Made by a program: the position numbers and the translations under genes. The notes beneath the pieces were generated by a model. The model was not told the DNA's origin and did not search any database. It worked only from the letters and a program-made list of their open reading frames with translations. From assembly GCA_944325505.1 (NCBI GenBank), contig CALVAJ010000009.1:2862-66861 (forward strand): a DNA stretch of 64,000 nt, given 5' to 3'. How positions within the stretch are numbered: the first letter of the stretch is position 1; every line of letters begins with the position of its first letter. The DNA is from an uncultured Bacteroidales bacterium. GTDB lineage: Bacteria; Bacteroidota; Bacteroidia; Bacteroidales; UBA932. Of this stretch, positions 25,125 through 33,682 are shown in pieces.

Positions 25125-27710
25125 TCACAGTCTGGATTCTTCATCAAGACTACCCACATTACGGTGACGCTGCTGCCCGTTTGACCCGAACCTCCAGGTG
25201 AAAGCTACGGTCGCACCGCCCTGGGTCTGGCGCTGTACGATAGAATACGTCCTTATACCGTTGTTTTCCATATAAATGTCGCTGTCACCGGTATTCAATA
25301 TATCATAGACATACAGGGCCAGAGTGCCTTTCCCGTCCCAAAGGGTCTTGATCAGACTGACATTGAGTTGGCCGAGGGCCTTCATATTGAAATATCCGGC
25401 CGACTGCGGAGTCGACATCCATCCGTCAAGTCCGAATTTGAAGTCCTTGGGCAGGAAGAAAGTCGTTGACATATATGCATTGAGACTGTTCATTTCATTG
25501 CTGTACGGCTCTCCGTACACCTGCTGCGCGAGCTCGTCATAAGCGTTGAACTTGCAGTAAGAATAAGTCAGATTCGCCGTAAGGTTCCACCATTTTGTAA
25601 GCGGAAGTTCTGAAAGGGAAACGGTCGCGTATGCGGTATGCTGGACTCCGGCATTGGAATATATCAGTCCCATCACGCCTGTAGACTGGTCCAGATTAGG
25701 GGTCTGTATGTCGCTGAAATTTGTAGTATAGTTGTACCCGGCAGAGACGGACAACCTGCTGAACAGGACAGCCGTCAGGGAAGCATTGTGGCTGTACGAA
25801 GGCTCCAGTTCTATATTCCCCTGGGTGTATGAAGTAGCCGAAGCATAGTCCTTGAACGGATTGAGCTGCCAGTATTTCGGTCTGCTGATACGGTATGAGT
25901 AACTGGCTGACAATATTGCCTTCTGCGAAGGCGTATAGCTCAGGAATACGCTCGGGAAAAAGTCGAAATAGTCCTTGTGGCTCTGCCTGCTCTGCTCGGA
26001 GGTCATGAGCCAGTCACCGTCCTGTACCGTATATTCTCCCCTTACCCCCGCCTGGGCGTTCCATTTGTCGGAAAATTTTTTCGCTATATTGAAATATCCT
26101 GCGTAGACCTGCTCGTCATAGGTAAAGTCGTTCCGTTCGGAAAGAGAACTCTGGCCTTGCGCAATAAAATCATAGTCATACTTGCCGTACCGGTTTTTCG
26201 TAGATGAATACGCAGCCTTGACACCTGCTTCTATCCTGCCCGTCTGGGAAAAGACCGCCTGCGAGTAATCCGCCTTGAAGGAATAGAGGTCCAGGACATT
26301 TCGAGTATTGTCATCGAAACCATAGCTTTCCACACCGTCCGCCTCCGCTTCTTCGGAAAGGAAGGAATATTCGTTCCGCTGGCTTCCACTGACACGTCTG
26401 TCAGTCCTGTAATAATCGGCATTCAGTGTCAGCTCCTGATTCCTGTCCTCGTCGAAGGTCCTGGTATAGTTGAGGTTAAGAGAATAGGACGGATTGTGTT
26501 CTTCAGAACGGTCGCGGCCCGACAGGCTGCTGTACAGCTTTTCCGCCGCAGTTCCTGCATCGATATAATTGTCTATGGTATAGGGAGTGACTTCCCTGTC
26601 CTTTTCATCCGTTGCTGAGAAGCGGAATATGACCCCGAGGATGTCCTTGTCCGATATGTTCCAGTCATTACCGAGCCTTACATTATGCGACATCCACGTG
26701 CTCCGGCTCGATGTCACGCTTTCTTCCCGCATGGGACGGTCATTACCATAGAGTTTTGTCTGGTCGGCCTCGAATCCGTACCCGCTGTAGACGGGAGTGT
26801 AATGGAAATAAGTATTGGTCTTGTCAGTACGGTACATGACATTGGCGGAAATGCTGCTGTTGGCAAGCACGCCCGGAGCATATCTCACGCCAAGGCGGGT
26901 CCCTACCGTACCGCTCAGGCCTTTCAGAAAAGCCTTCCTGGTCTTGATATTGATGATTCCTCCGCTGCCTTCCGCATCATATTTTGCCGAAGGATTGGTG
27001 ATAAGTTCCACTTTTTCAATGGATGACCCTTCGCTTCCTTTCAGATATGCCTCCAGGTCGGTCCCTGACATGTTGGACGGGCGCCCGTCAATCCATACGG
27101 CTACCATAGAACCGTTTAGCTTGATATTGCCGTCATTGTCGACTGTCACTCCCGGTGAGCTTTTAAGCACATCCAGCGCATCACCCGTCTGGGCCACAGC
27201 CAGTTCGGACACGTTCAGAACCAGACGGTCGAACTGGTGTTCTATCAGGGGCCTGTCACCGGACACTTTCGCCCCTTCCAGCATCTGCGTGTCCTCTTCC
27301 AGGGCGACAGGACCGAGCTCCATCACCCCGCCTCTGACCGTACATTCGGGAAGGCCGGCGCCGTACTGCCTGCTGTCTGCCGCCTGTTCCAAGTCCTGAA
27401 AGCTGAAAGATTTTTCCTTATATCCCACCAGTGAAAACACCAGCCTGTTTGTCATGGACGAACGGCTCCTGTCGGAGATTCTTATCGAACAAGTGCCTGT
27501 CGAGTCCGTCGTGGCTCCGGCAGATACTCTTCCGGAAGTATCCGCCAGCGCCACTGTCACGAACTCCAAAGGCTTCCCGGTCCCTGCTTCTATGACTGTA
27601 CCCTTCAGAGCCAGAACCTTCTCCGGCTGTGGCTTCGGGGAAGCCGAAATTCCAGAACAAACAAAAACGGACACCAGTCCCGCAATCAGACATTTCATAT
27701 TCTTTTCCAT
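25125..27710 (-). CDS. TonB-dependent outer-membrane receptor (CarboxypepD_reg-like N-domain, plug and beta-barrel)
   Basis: It has a signal peptide, a GTVIEAGTGKPLEFVTVAL-type carboxypeptidase-regulatory-like domain, a plug region and a long beta-barrel ending in an aromatic-rich C-terminus. The start could be 27728, 27710 or 27698. Confidence 0.85.
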   Translation of the reverse strand: MEKNMKCLIAGLVSVFVCSGISASPKPQPEKVLALKGTVIEAGTGKPLEFVTVALADTSGRVSAGATTDSTGTCSIRISDRSRSSMTNRLVFSLVGYKEKSFSFQDLEQAADSRQYGAGLPECTVRGGVMELGPVALEEDTQMLEGAKVSGDRPLIEHQFDRLVLNVSELAVAQTGDALDVLKSSPGVTVDNDGNIKLNGSMVAVWIDGRPSNMSGTDLEAYLKGSEGSSIEKVELITNPSAKYDAEGSGGIINIKTRKAFLKGLSGTVGTRLGVRYAPGVLANSSISANVMYRTDKTNTYFHYTPVYSGYGFEADQTKLYGNDRPMREESVTSSRSTWMSHNVRLGNDWNISDKDILGVIFRFSATDEKDREVTPYTIDNYIDAGTAAEKLYSSLSGRDRSEEHNPSYSLNLNYTRTFDEDRNQELTLNADYYRTDRRVSGSQRNEYSFLSEEAEADGVESYGFDDNTRNVLDLYSFKADYSQAVFSQTGRIEAGVKAAYSSTKNRYGKYDYDFIAQGQSSLSERNDFTYDEQVYAGYFNIAKKFSDKWNAQAGVRGEYTVQDGDWLMTSEQSRQSHKDYFDFFPSVFLSYTPSQKAILSASYSYRISRPKYWQLNPFKDYASATSYTQGNIELEPSYSHNASLTAVLFSRLSVSAGYNYTTNFSDIQTPNLDQSTGVMGLIYSNAGVQHTAYATVSLSELPLTKWWNLTANLTYSYCKFNAYDELAQQVYGEPYSNEMNSLNAYMSTTFFLPKDFKFGLDGWMSTPQSAGYFNMKALGQLNVSLIKTLWDGKGTLALYVYDILNTGDSDIYMENNGIRTYSIVQRQTQGGATVAFTWRFGSNGQQRHRNVGSLDEESRL

Positions 27711-27759
27711 ATTTTTTCCGTTCAACAACAGTCCCGAAGGACCTTGGATTATCGCGATG

Positions 27760-27804
27760 GCGACTCAAAAGGGTACTTTCGTCGTTACGCTTGATTCGAA
27801 AATC
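27760..27804 (-). repeat. Right copy of the 45-nt inverted repeat, immediately upstream of the receptor gene
   Basis: See 25078-25122. This copy is in sense orientation relative to the receptor gene and lies about 50-60 nt from its start. Confidence 0.8.
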
Positions 27805-27910
27805 CTCATGTACGACAGTACACTGCGGTTTTCTCATCTGCGCAAGCCTTGAAATTCCTCCTTTTGGAGTCACCCTCATTGGTATTTGCATGCGATAATG
27901 AGACGGATGG

Positions 27911-27956
27911 AACAGAAAAAATGTTGCGACAGGAATGATTTATTCTTTCCTGTCCT
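27911..27956 (-). terminator. Hairpin plus T-run at the 3' end of the UPF0104 gene
   Basis: On the minus strand, GACAGGAA-agaataaatca-TTCCTGTC is followed by GCAACATTTTTT. The stem overlaps the stop codon. Confidence 0.5.
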
Positions 27957-28998
27957 TACGGCAAAGAGTCTCGTACAGATATGACCCGCCGCCGCAGACA
28001 GCCATTGTAATGGCCTGTGATTCATGTGAAAGGGTAGCGAAGATGATACCCAGCTCAAACGGGATTCCGTAGATGGTGCTCAATGCGATAGATACGACGA
28101 AATGGAAAGCGCCGAATCCTCCCGGCACGGGCACGAGCCATCCGAGGCTCCCGGCCACCATCAGGAACAGGGCGTCGACAATATTCAGGGCGTCAAGATC
28201 CGGCAGGGCCCACATCGTAGAAGCGCTCATAAGCCAGTACATTGCCCATATTATCGCCGTGTAGGCGATGAAAAGCCATTTATGGGGCATCTTCAAGCAG
28301 CTGCCCACTCCCTGAAGGAGCCCGCGGCAGATGGAAAAAAGCCTGCTGCAGAATGCGTTGTTGTTCCTGTACCTTATTATCAGGAATACCGTTGAAACAA
28401 TGATGACAATGGCGGAAAGGACAATCCACCATACACTGAATGAAATGGACTTCTCCAACGGGGTCCACATCTTTTCAGCGAAAAAACCCCCGAACTTATC
28501 CCAGCGGAACGCCAGAAGTCCGAGCAGGAAAATCAGCATGGTCACCATATCCCAGCTTCTTTCAAGGACGACCGTACCGAGGACTTTGTCATATGAGGCC
28601 AGGCGGCGCATCCCCTCTCTGCCGTTTTCCTTCATGGAGGCAACGGTGTCCGGACTCCTGACCACAGCGGAATTCCCTGTTATGACGCCGCAGCGCACGA
28701 ACTCTCCTATCCTGGGGAATACGAAATTGGCTATATAGCCTATATTCACTGCATTGAAAACCGTTATGCGTCTTATGGACGGGTCTATGGGCAGCAGCAG
28801 TTCGCGCCATCTGAGACCTCTGACGTAAAACGCGACAATACTTGCCGCCATGGAAAGCAGTATATATTCCCATCTGCAGGATTTCAGTCCGGCAATGAAA
28901 TCGTCCCATTTCACCCCCCTGAATGAAAACCACATCAGGACAAGCGCGACAGCAAGGGAAACTATATATTTGAACGGTCTGGAATAACTGTTGCTCAT
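27940..28998 (-). CDS. Integral membrane protein, UPF0104 / lysyl-PG-synthase-TM (flippase-like) family
   Basis: Polytopic membrane protein with family-like sequence. The start is set at MSNSYSRPFKY (28998) because the longer ORF start overlaps the promoter motif. Confidence 0.7.
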   Translation of the reverse strand: MSNSYSRPFKYIVSLAVALVLMWFSFRGVKWDDFIAGLKSCRWEYILLSMAASIVAFYVRGLRWRELLLPIDPSIRRITVFNAVNIGYIANFVFPRIGEFVRCGVITGNSAVVRSPDTVASMKENGREGMRRLASYDKVLGTVVLERSWDMVTMLIFLLGLLAFRWDKFGGFFAEKMWTPLEKSISFSVWWIVLSAIVIIVSTVFLIIRYRNNNAFCSRLFSICRGLLQGVGSCLKMPHKWLFIAYTAIIWAMYWLMSASTMWALPDLDALNIVDALFLMVAGSLGWLVPVPGGFGAFHFVVSIALSTIYGIPFELGIIFATLSHESQAITMAVCGGGSYLYETLCRKDRKE

Positions 28999-29031
28999 AT
29001 TTTTGTCTGTAGAGTCCTTACGGACGGACTG

Positions 29032-29039
29032 CAAATTTA
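29032..29039 (-). promoter_or_regulatory. TAnnTTTG -7 motif (TAAATTTG) for the UPF0104 gene
   Basis: Reverse complement of CAAATTTA, about 34 nt upstream of the ATG at 28998. Confidence 0.5.
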
Positions 29040-29102
29040 CTATTTTTCCCTATCAATATCGTTCGAACTCCGATGTTTCGGGATATATGTTCCAATTTAT
29101 CG

Positions 29103-29110
29103 TATATTTG
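29103..29110 (+). promoter_or_regulatory. TAnnTTTG -7 motif (TATATTTG) for mscL
   Basis: Exact consensus match 31 nt upstream of the mscL ATG. Confidence 0.55.
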
Positions 29111-29140
29111 CGACTTGTAACCATTTAATTATTTACGGAA

Positions 29141-29605
29141 ATGAAGACAAACGCAATGGCCAAGGGAGCCGGTGAAAAAGCAGGCAGGTTCCTCGATGAA
29201 TTCAAGAAATTCGCAATGAGAGGCAATGTAATCGATATGGCAGTCGGTGTCGTTATCGGAGGCGCTTTCGGCAAAATAGTGACTTCACTCGTCAACGACG
29301 TAATCATGCCTCTGATAGGTCTTGTGAGCGGAGGTCTGGACTTTACCTCATGGAGATGGGTAATCAGAGAAGCCCATACCACGGAATCCGGCAAACAGAT
29401 TGCCGAAGCCTCGCTTAACTACGGCAACTTCATCCAGACTGCTGTCGACTTCACCATTATCGCTTTCTCCATTTTCATAGTCATCAAACTTATCAACAAT
29501 TTCAAAAAGAAAGAAGAAGCCAAGGCTGCACCGGCTCCGAAACCGGCAGATGTCGCCCTTCTCGAGGAGATCCGCGACCTGCTCAAAGAACAGAACGGGA
29601 AATAG
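29141..29605 (+). CDS. mscL: Large-conductance mechanosensitive channel
   Basis: 154 aa with the FKKFAMRGNVIDMAVGVVIGGAFGKIVTSLVNDVIMP signature of MscL. Confidence 0.96.
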   Translation: MKTNAMAKGAGEKAGRFLDEFKKFAMRGNVIDMAVGVVIGGAFGKIVTSLVNDVIMPLIGLVSGGLDFTSWRWVIREAHTTESGKQIAEASLNYGNFIQTAVDFTIIAFSIFIVIKLINNFKKKEEAKAAPAPKPADVALLEEIRDLLKEQNGK

Positions 29606-29649
29606 GCACAATCTCTCCATAAGTCGGCACTTTTCAAAATTGTCATGAA

Positions 29650-30645
29650 ATGAAATCTATACTCGGCATGGGGAACGCACTGACAGATATTCTTGCCGTG
29701 CTTCCCGACGACTCTTTCCTCAGACAGTTCCATCTTCCGAAAGGCAGCATGCAGCATGTGGACATGGAAACCGGAGACAAGATCTGGCAGACCCTCAAAC
29801 CCATGGGCGTGCAGTATGTAGCCGGCGGTTCAGCCGCAAATACCATTACCGGAACCGCCATATTCGGGATGAAATCAGGATTCATAGGGAAGGTAGGAGA
29901 TGACGAGCTCGGACACCTGTTCAAAAGCGACCAGGAACAGTACGGAATAAAATCCATGCTGCTCAAAGGAGTCAGTTCTTCCGGAAGGGCAATGGTTTTC
30001 ATCACCGCTCCCAATGCAGAGAGGACATTCGCGGTGTATCTCGGGGCTGCTCTCGAACTCGGCCCCGATGACCTCAGGAAAGAATATTTCGAAGGTTACG
30101 ATTATTTCCATATAGAAGGGTATCTGGTCCAGAACCAGAAACTTATCCGGAAAGCCGTGGAGATGGCGAAGGAGGCCGGATGCATAATATCCATGGATAT
30201 GGCTTCATACAATGTGGTAGAGTCCAACGAGGCTTTCCTGCATGATATCGTTGACAAGTACGTGGATATAGTGTTTGCGAACGAAAGCGAGGCGAAGTCT
30301 TTCACCCGGATGGAGCCGCGCGAGGCTCTGGACGAGCTGGCAAGGCACTGCGATATCGCCGTCGTGAAAATCGGCAAGGACGGCTCCATGCTCAAGTGCG
30401 GTGACGAATACCATTATATAGAAGCCTGGCCGGCCGATACCGTCGACGCCACAGGAGCCGGGGACACATATGCGGCCGGATTCCTTTATGCCCATTCCCT
30501 CGGCATGCCGCTGAAAGTGTGCGGAGAAGTCGGGTCCATCATCGCCGCAAAAGTAGTGGAAGTGATAGGCACCAAGATCGACATACCGAGATGGAAAGCC
30601 GCAAAGAAGGAAATCCGGGAACTTATAGCCGCCAACTCCAAATAG
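29650..30645 (+). CDS. PfkB-family kinase, adenosine-kinase-like
   Basis: 331 aa with ribokinase/PfkB fold motifs (GGSAANT, DATGAGDTYAAGFLY). Confidence 0.8.
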   Translation: MKSILGMGNALTDILAVLPDDSFLRQFHLPKGSMQHVDMETGDKIWQTLKPMGVQYVAGGSAANTITGTAIFGMKSGFIGKVGDDELGHLFKSDQEQYGIKSMLLKGVSSSGRAMVFITAPNAERTFAVYLGAALELGPDDLRKEYFEGYDYFHIEGYLVQNQKLIRKAVEMAKEAGCIISMDMASYNVVESNEAFLHDIVDKYVDIVFANESEAKSFTRMEPREALDELARHCDIAVVKIGKDGSMLKCGDEYHYIEAWPADTVDATGAGDTYAAGFLYAHSLGMPLKVCGEVGSIIAAKVVEVIGTKIDIPRWKAAKKEIRELIAANSK

Positions 30646-30652
30646 AAAGCCT

Positions 30653-31183
30653 ATGGCCAATCCGATCAAATCGCTTTTCCGAAAAAGAGACCTTAAGAAA
30701 TATGCATGGAAGGCCAGGACAGGGCTGGTTCCCATATCGGCAATGGACAATGTCTTCGTGCTGGTCGACAGCAATGACCCCGATGCAGACGCCTGCGTAC
30801 CGCTCATAAACGGTTTTTTCCGCAAAGCAGGCATCAGGCCGGACATATTCTTCATAGCATCCGGACAAAGGAAAAAAGGGCGGCTGAAGACAAACCCTGT
30901 CTTCACTTTCCTTCCCAAAGACCTGAACTGGTACGGAAGACTGAAAAAAAGACTGCTGAAGCCGTTCCTGGATGCAAGGCAGGATCTCTATATCGACCTG
31001 ACGGGGCGGCAGGACTTTCCCGTAGAATTCCTGGCAACAGCCGTACCGGCAAAATTCAAAGTAGGATGCCGGCACATAGGGGAAAATATCTTCGACCTGA
31101 CAGTCACGCCATCCCCGGACTCCGGCTTCTCGTCTCCCGAAATGTTCAGGGAAATAGCGGAGCTGCTTCTGAAAGTCAAGTAA
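30653..31183 (+). CDS. Hypothetical protein
   Basis: 176-aa ORF tightly spaced after the kinase gene. I do not recognise a family. Confidence 0.55.
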   Translation: MANPIKSLFRKRDLKKYAWKARTGLVPISAMDNVFVLVDSNDPDADACVPLINGFFRKAGIRPDIFFIASGQRKKGRLKTNPVFTFLPKDLNWYGRLKKRLLKPFLDARQDLYIDLTGRQDFPVEFLATAVPAKFKVGCRHIGENIFDLTVTPSPDSGFSSPEMFREIAELLLKVK

Positions 31184-31220
31184 ACATTTCTTCTGAAGAC
31201 AACAAGAAAGCCAAAATCAA

Positions 31221-32189
31221 ATGAAAAGCATTTTCAATTACCTGATGGTCACTGTAAAAGGCATCTGTATGGGTGCCGCAGACGTAATTCCAGGCGTTTC
31301 CGGCGGCACAATAGCCTTCATGACAGGGATTTATGACACCCTGGTGGGGTCAATCAGCTCCATCAATACGGAGGCTGTCAGACTGCTGTTCACCGGAAAA
31401 ATCGGACAGTTCTGGAAACACATCAACGGGAACTTCCTTTTTTCCCTGATAGCCGGCATTCTGATCAGTATCCTTTCTCTGGCAAAACTGATGCAGTACC
31501 TGCTCAACTATCACCCCATACAGACGTGGGCCTTCTTTTTCGGACTGATAGTAGCCTCCTCGATATTCATCCTCAAAGGAATAGACAGATGGAAAGTCAA
31601 GGATTTCATCCAGCTCGTTTTCGGCATAGCCCTGGGTGTGGTCATATGCACACTCTCCCCTACCGAAACCCCTGACGGACTGTGGTTCATATTCATAAGC
31701 GGGGCCATAGCCATCTGCGCCATGATTCTCCCCGGGATATCCGGCAGTTTCATCCTGCTCATCCTCGGCAAATACGAATACATGATGGGAATCATCGCCG
31801 ACATAGTCTCAGGCAAAGGGGAACTTATGGACTTCGTAACGGTAATAGTGTTCGCTCTCGGAGCGCTCATCGGAATCATCGCCTTCTCCAAGTTCCTCCA
31901 CTGGCTTCTGGAACACTATCACAGACCGACACTGCTTATCCTTGCCGGATTCATCATCGGCTCGCTGGTAAAGGTATGGCCGTGGAGCAACATGCCGGAT
32001 ATCGTATGCTCCCAGTTCCCGGAAGCGGAAGCCCTCATGGAAACGGCAGGCAGCGATACGGTTATAGAAATGTTCTCCTCGCAAATAGATCCACACATCT
32101 GGGGCGCAGTCGTTTTCGCCCTGGCCGGCTTCCTGCTGGTAATCGGCATCGAAACCGCCACCAATATGATAAAGAAAAGCCGCAGTTGA
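31221..32189 (+). CDS. DUF368 family membrane protein (PopT-type putative undecaprenyl-phosphate translocase family)
   Basis: 322 aa, polytopic, with duplicated GVSGGT / GISGSF motifs characteristic of DUF368. Confidence 0.85.
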   Translation: MKSIFNYLMVTVKGICMGAADVIPGVSGGTIAFMTGIYDTLVGSISSINTEAVRLLFTGKIGQFWKHINGNFLFSLIAGILISILSLAKLMQYLLNYHPIQTWAFFFGLIVASSIFILKGIDRWKVKDFIQLVFGIALGVVICTLSPTETPDGLWFIFISGAIAICAMILPGISGSFILLILGKYEYMMGIIADIVSGKGELMDFVTVIVFALGALIGIIAFSKFLHWLLEHYHRPTLLILAGFIIGSLVKVWPWSNMPDIVCSQFPEAEALMETAGSDTVIEMFSSQIDPHIWGAVVFALAGFLLVIGIETATNMIKKSRS

Positions 32190-32252
32190 GCCTATAATAC
32201 CGGCAAACACAGGGCAAAATGAATTTTCATTTGCCAATCAAATAAAAAACAC

Positions 32253-32260
32253 TATCTTTG
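32253..32260 (+). promoter_or_regulatory. TAnnTTTG -7 motif (TATCTTTG) upstream of tRNA-Arg
   Basis: Exact motif 44 nt upstream of the tRNA 5' end. Its reverse complement GCAAAGATA recurs at 32289-32297, giving a 9-bp inverted repeat. Confidence 0.55.
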
Positions 32261-32303
32261 CACCCACTTTCGCTCCCATGGCAAATGAGCAAAGATAAAG
32301 GCC

Positions 32304-32377
32304 GGTCCGGTAGCTCAGCTGGATAGAGCAACAGCCTTCTAAGCTGTGGGTCTTGGGTTCGAATCCCAACCGGATCA
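32304..32377 (+). tRNA. tRNA-Arg (anticodon TCT)
   Basis: Cloverleaf read by eye: acceptor GGTCCGG/CCGGATC, D-arm TAGCTCAGCTGGATAGAGCA, anticodon loop CTTCTAA, T-arm GGGTTCGAATCCC. CCA is not encoded. Confidence 0.92.
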
Positions 32378-32398
32378 CAAGTTAAATAATTGAATTTC

Positions 32399-32428
32399 AA
32401 GCAGTTACAGAGATGTGACTGCTTTTTT
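32399..32428 (+). terminator. Rho-independent terminator after tRNA-Arg
   Basis: GCAGTTACA-gaga-TGTGACTGC followed by TTTTTT. Confidence 0.8.
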
Positions 32429-32472
32429 GTTATGCTGAAATCTGGCTATTTTGCAGGCTTCTGACGCATTCA

Positions 32473-32535
32473 TGTTAGCAGATATGTTAGCAAAATTATC
32501 ATGCTAAACACTTCTGTAGAAGCAATTTGCTACAA
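32473..32535. promoter_or_regulatory. Cluster of four TGTTAGCA-like half-sites (two direct, two inverted)
   Basis: TGTTAGCA (32473-32480), TGTTAGCA (32485-32492), TGCTAAACA (32502-32510) and TTGCTACAA (32527-32535). The function is unknown. Confidence 0.4.
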
Positions 32536-32739
32536 AGTTCGTCCATTTCGTGACAATTTTCCCAGACTTGAATATAGGAGACTCTTTCGGTCTGCCTGTC
32601 ACGATATGATTGACACCAAGCACGTAGATATTGCTGCATAATGATACTATTACACTCAAATATAGCTGAGCATAGGTATATTGCACATCGGTACTGATGT
32701 ACACCGACAAGTAGCACTGATATGCATTGGTACTGTTAC

Positions 32740-32975
32740 ACACCCGCAAATAGTACACATGGAAAAGTCTCTGATAACCAGGCAATCACACGATGTTGTC
32801 ATTTTCCAGGTGTAACATCACTCAGCACACCCGCAGTGACAAATATGCCCTGCAGGCATCTGCATGGCGGTTTTGCTATCGCAGGTGTGTCCAAACATGT
32901 GACACCCGCAGTTGAATCATCCTTGAAACATCATGATTTTCAGACATATGCACACTCTTCCCTACTGCAGGTGTG
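32740..32975 (+). repeat. Motif-array module A (ACACCYGCAG motifs in alternating orientation)
   Basis: Motifs lie at 32740-48, 32804-18, 32827-37, 32881-89, 32899-910 and 32967-75. The order and the 8/43/9/56-nt spacings equal those of module B read on the opposite strand. Confidence 0.85.
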
Positions 32976-33145
32976 CATATGGCCGCACGCTCCAGACGGC
33001 TACACGCCTCATACTGAAAACTATTCATTTGTACTGATGAAAACCCCGATATTACATGATGAGAGGAACTGCCGTGCCAGGTGGACGGCGGGATGAGCCA
33101 CCTGACACGCTTTCGCAGGAAAACCGTGGCAGGGGTCGGGAAAGC

Positions 33146-33598
33146 TCACGCTTTGATTTCCATTCTCAGGAGGGGGAACGGATTGCCCTGGTCATCGGTG
33201 CTGTCACGGCGGAATGTGCGGAATCCCATCCGCTCGTAGAATTTCACAGCCGACGGATTCTGCTCGTTTACATCGACATATTGCACATTCTGCTCTGCTA
33301 TCGCTTTTTGAATCAATACTTTTCCTATGCCTTTACGGAAAAAGGCCGGATGGAGGAACAGCATCTCTATCTTGCGAGCCTGGATACCCATAAATCCGAC
33401 ACACGCACTGTCCTCGTATGACACCCACAGTGTCCCGATCTGCCGGACGGCTTCTTCAGCCTGAGGGTAGAGGCTCCGTATATCTTCCTCTGTCAGAAAA
33501 TGATGACTTGCGCGGACGGAGGCTTCCCATATTCCGAGCAGCCCGGCAACGAGTTCCGGAGTTCTGTCATCCTTTTCAATGCTGTCGACTTTAATCAT
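33146..33598 (-). CDS. GNAT family N-acetyltransferase
   Basis: 150 aa with the acetyl-CoA binding motif region (FFRKGIGKVLI) and a GNAT-like C-terminal segment (VNEQNPSAVKFYERMGF). Confidence 0.88.
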   Translation of the reverse strand: MIKVDSIEKDDRTPELVAGLLGIWEASVRASHHFLTEEDIRSLYPQAEEAVRQIGTLWVSYEDSACVGFMGIQARKIEMLFLHPAFFRKGIGKVLIQKAIAEQNVQYVDVNEQNPSAVKFYERMGFRTFRRDSTDDQGNPFPLLRMEIKA

Positions 33599-33682
33599 AA
33601 TCCTTTTTTCAATTTCGGGCTGCTTCCATTGGCACCTCTACACCTCCATGAACGACACCACAGTAAACTGTCTGCAATGGAA

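Noticed and set aside
32253-32297. 9-bp inverted repeat TATCTTTGC...GCAAAGATA upstream of tRNA-Arg as a regulatory hairpin
   Set aside because: The left arm is itself the promoter -7 motif, so transcription would start downstream of it and the hairpin could not form in the RNA. It is probably a chance or divergent-promoter duplicate and is noted only in the promoter feature.
32499-33096. Small ORFs (72, 93 and 124 aa) in the tRNA-Arg-proximal non-coding stretch
   Set aside because: They are Cys/His/Tyr-rich junk-like translations that overlap each other on both strands and coincide with the repeat motifs. There is no family resemblance.
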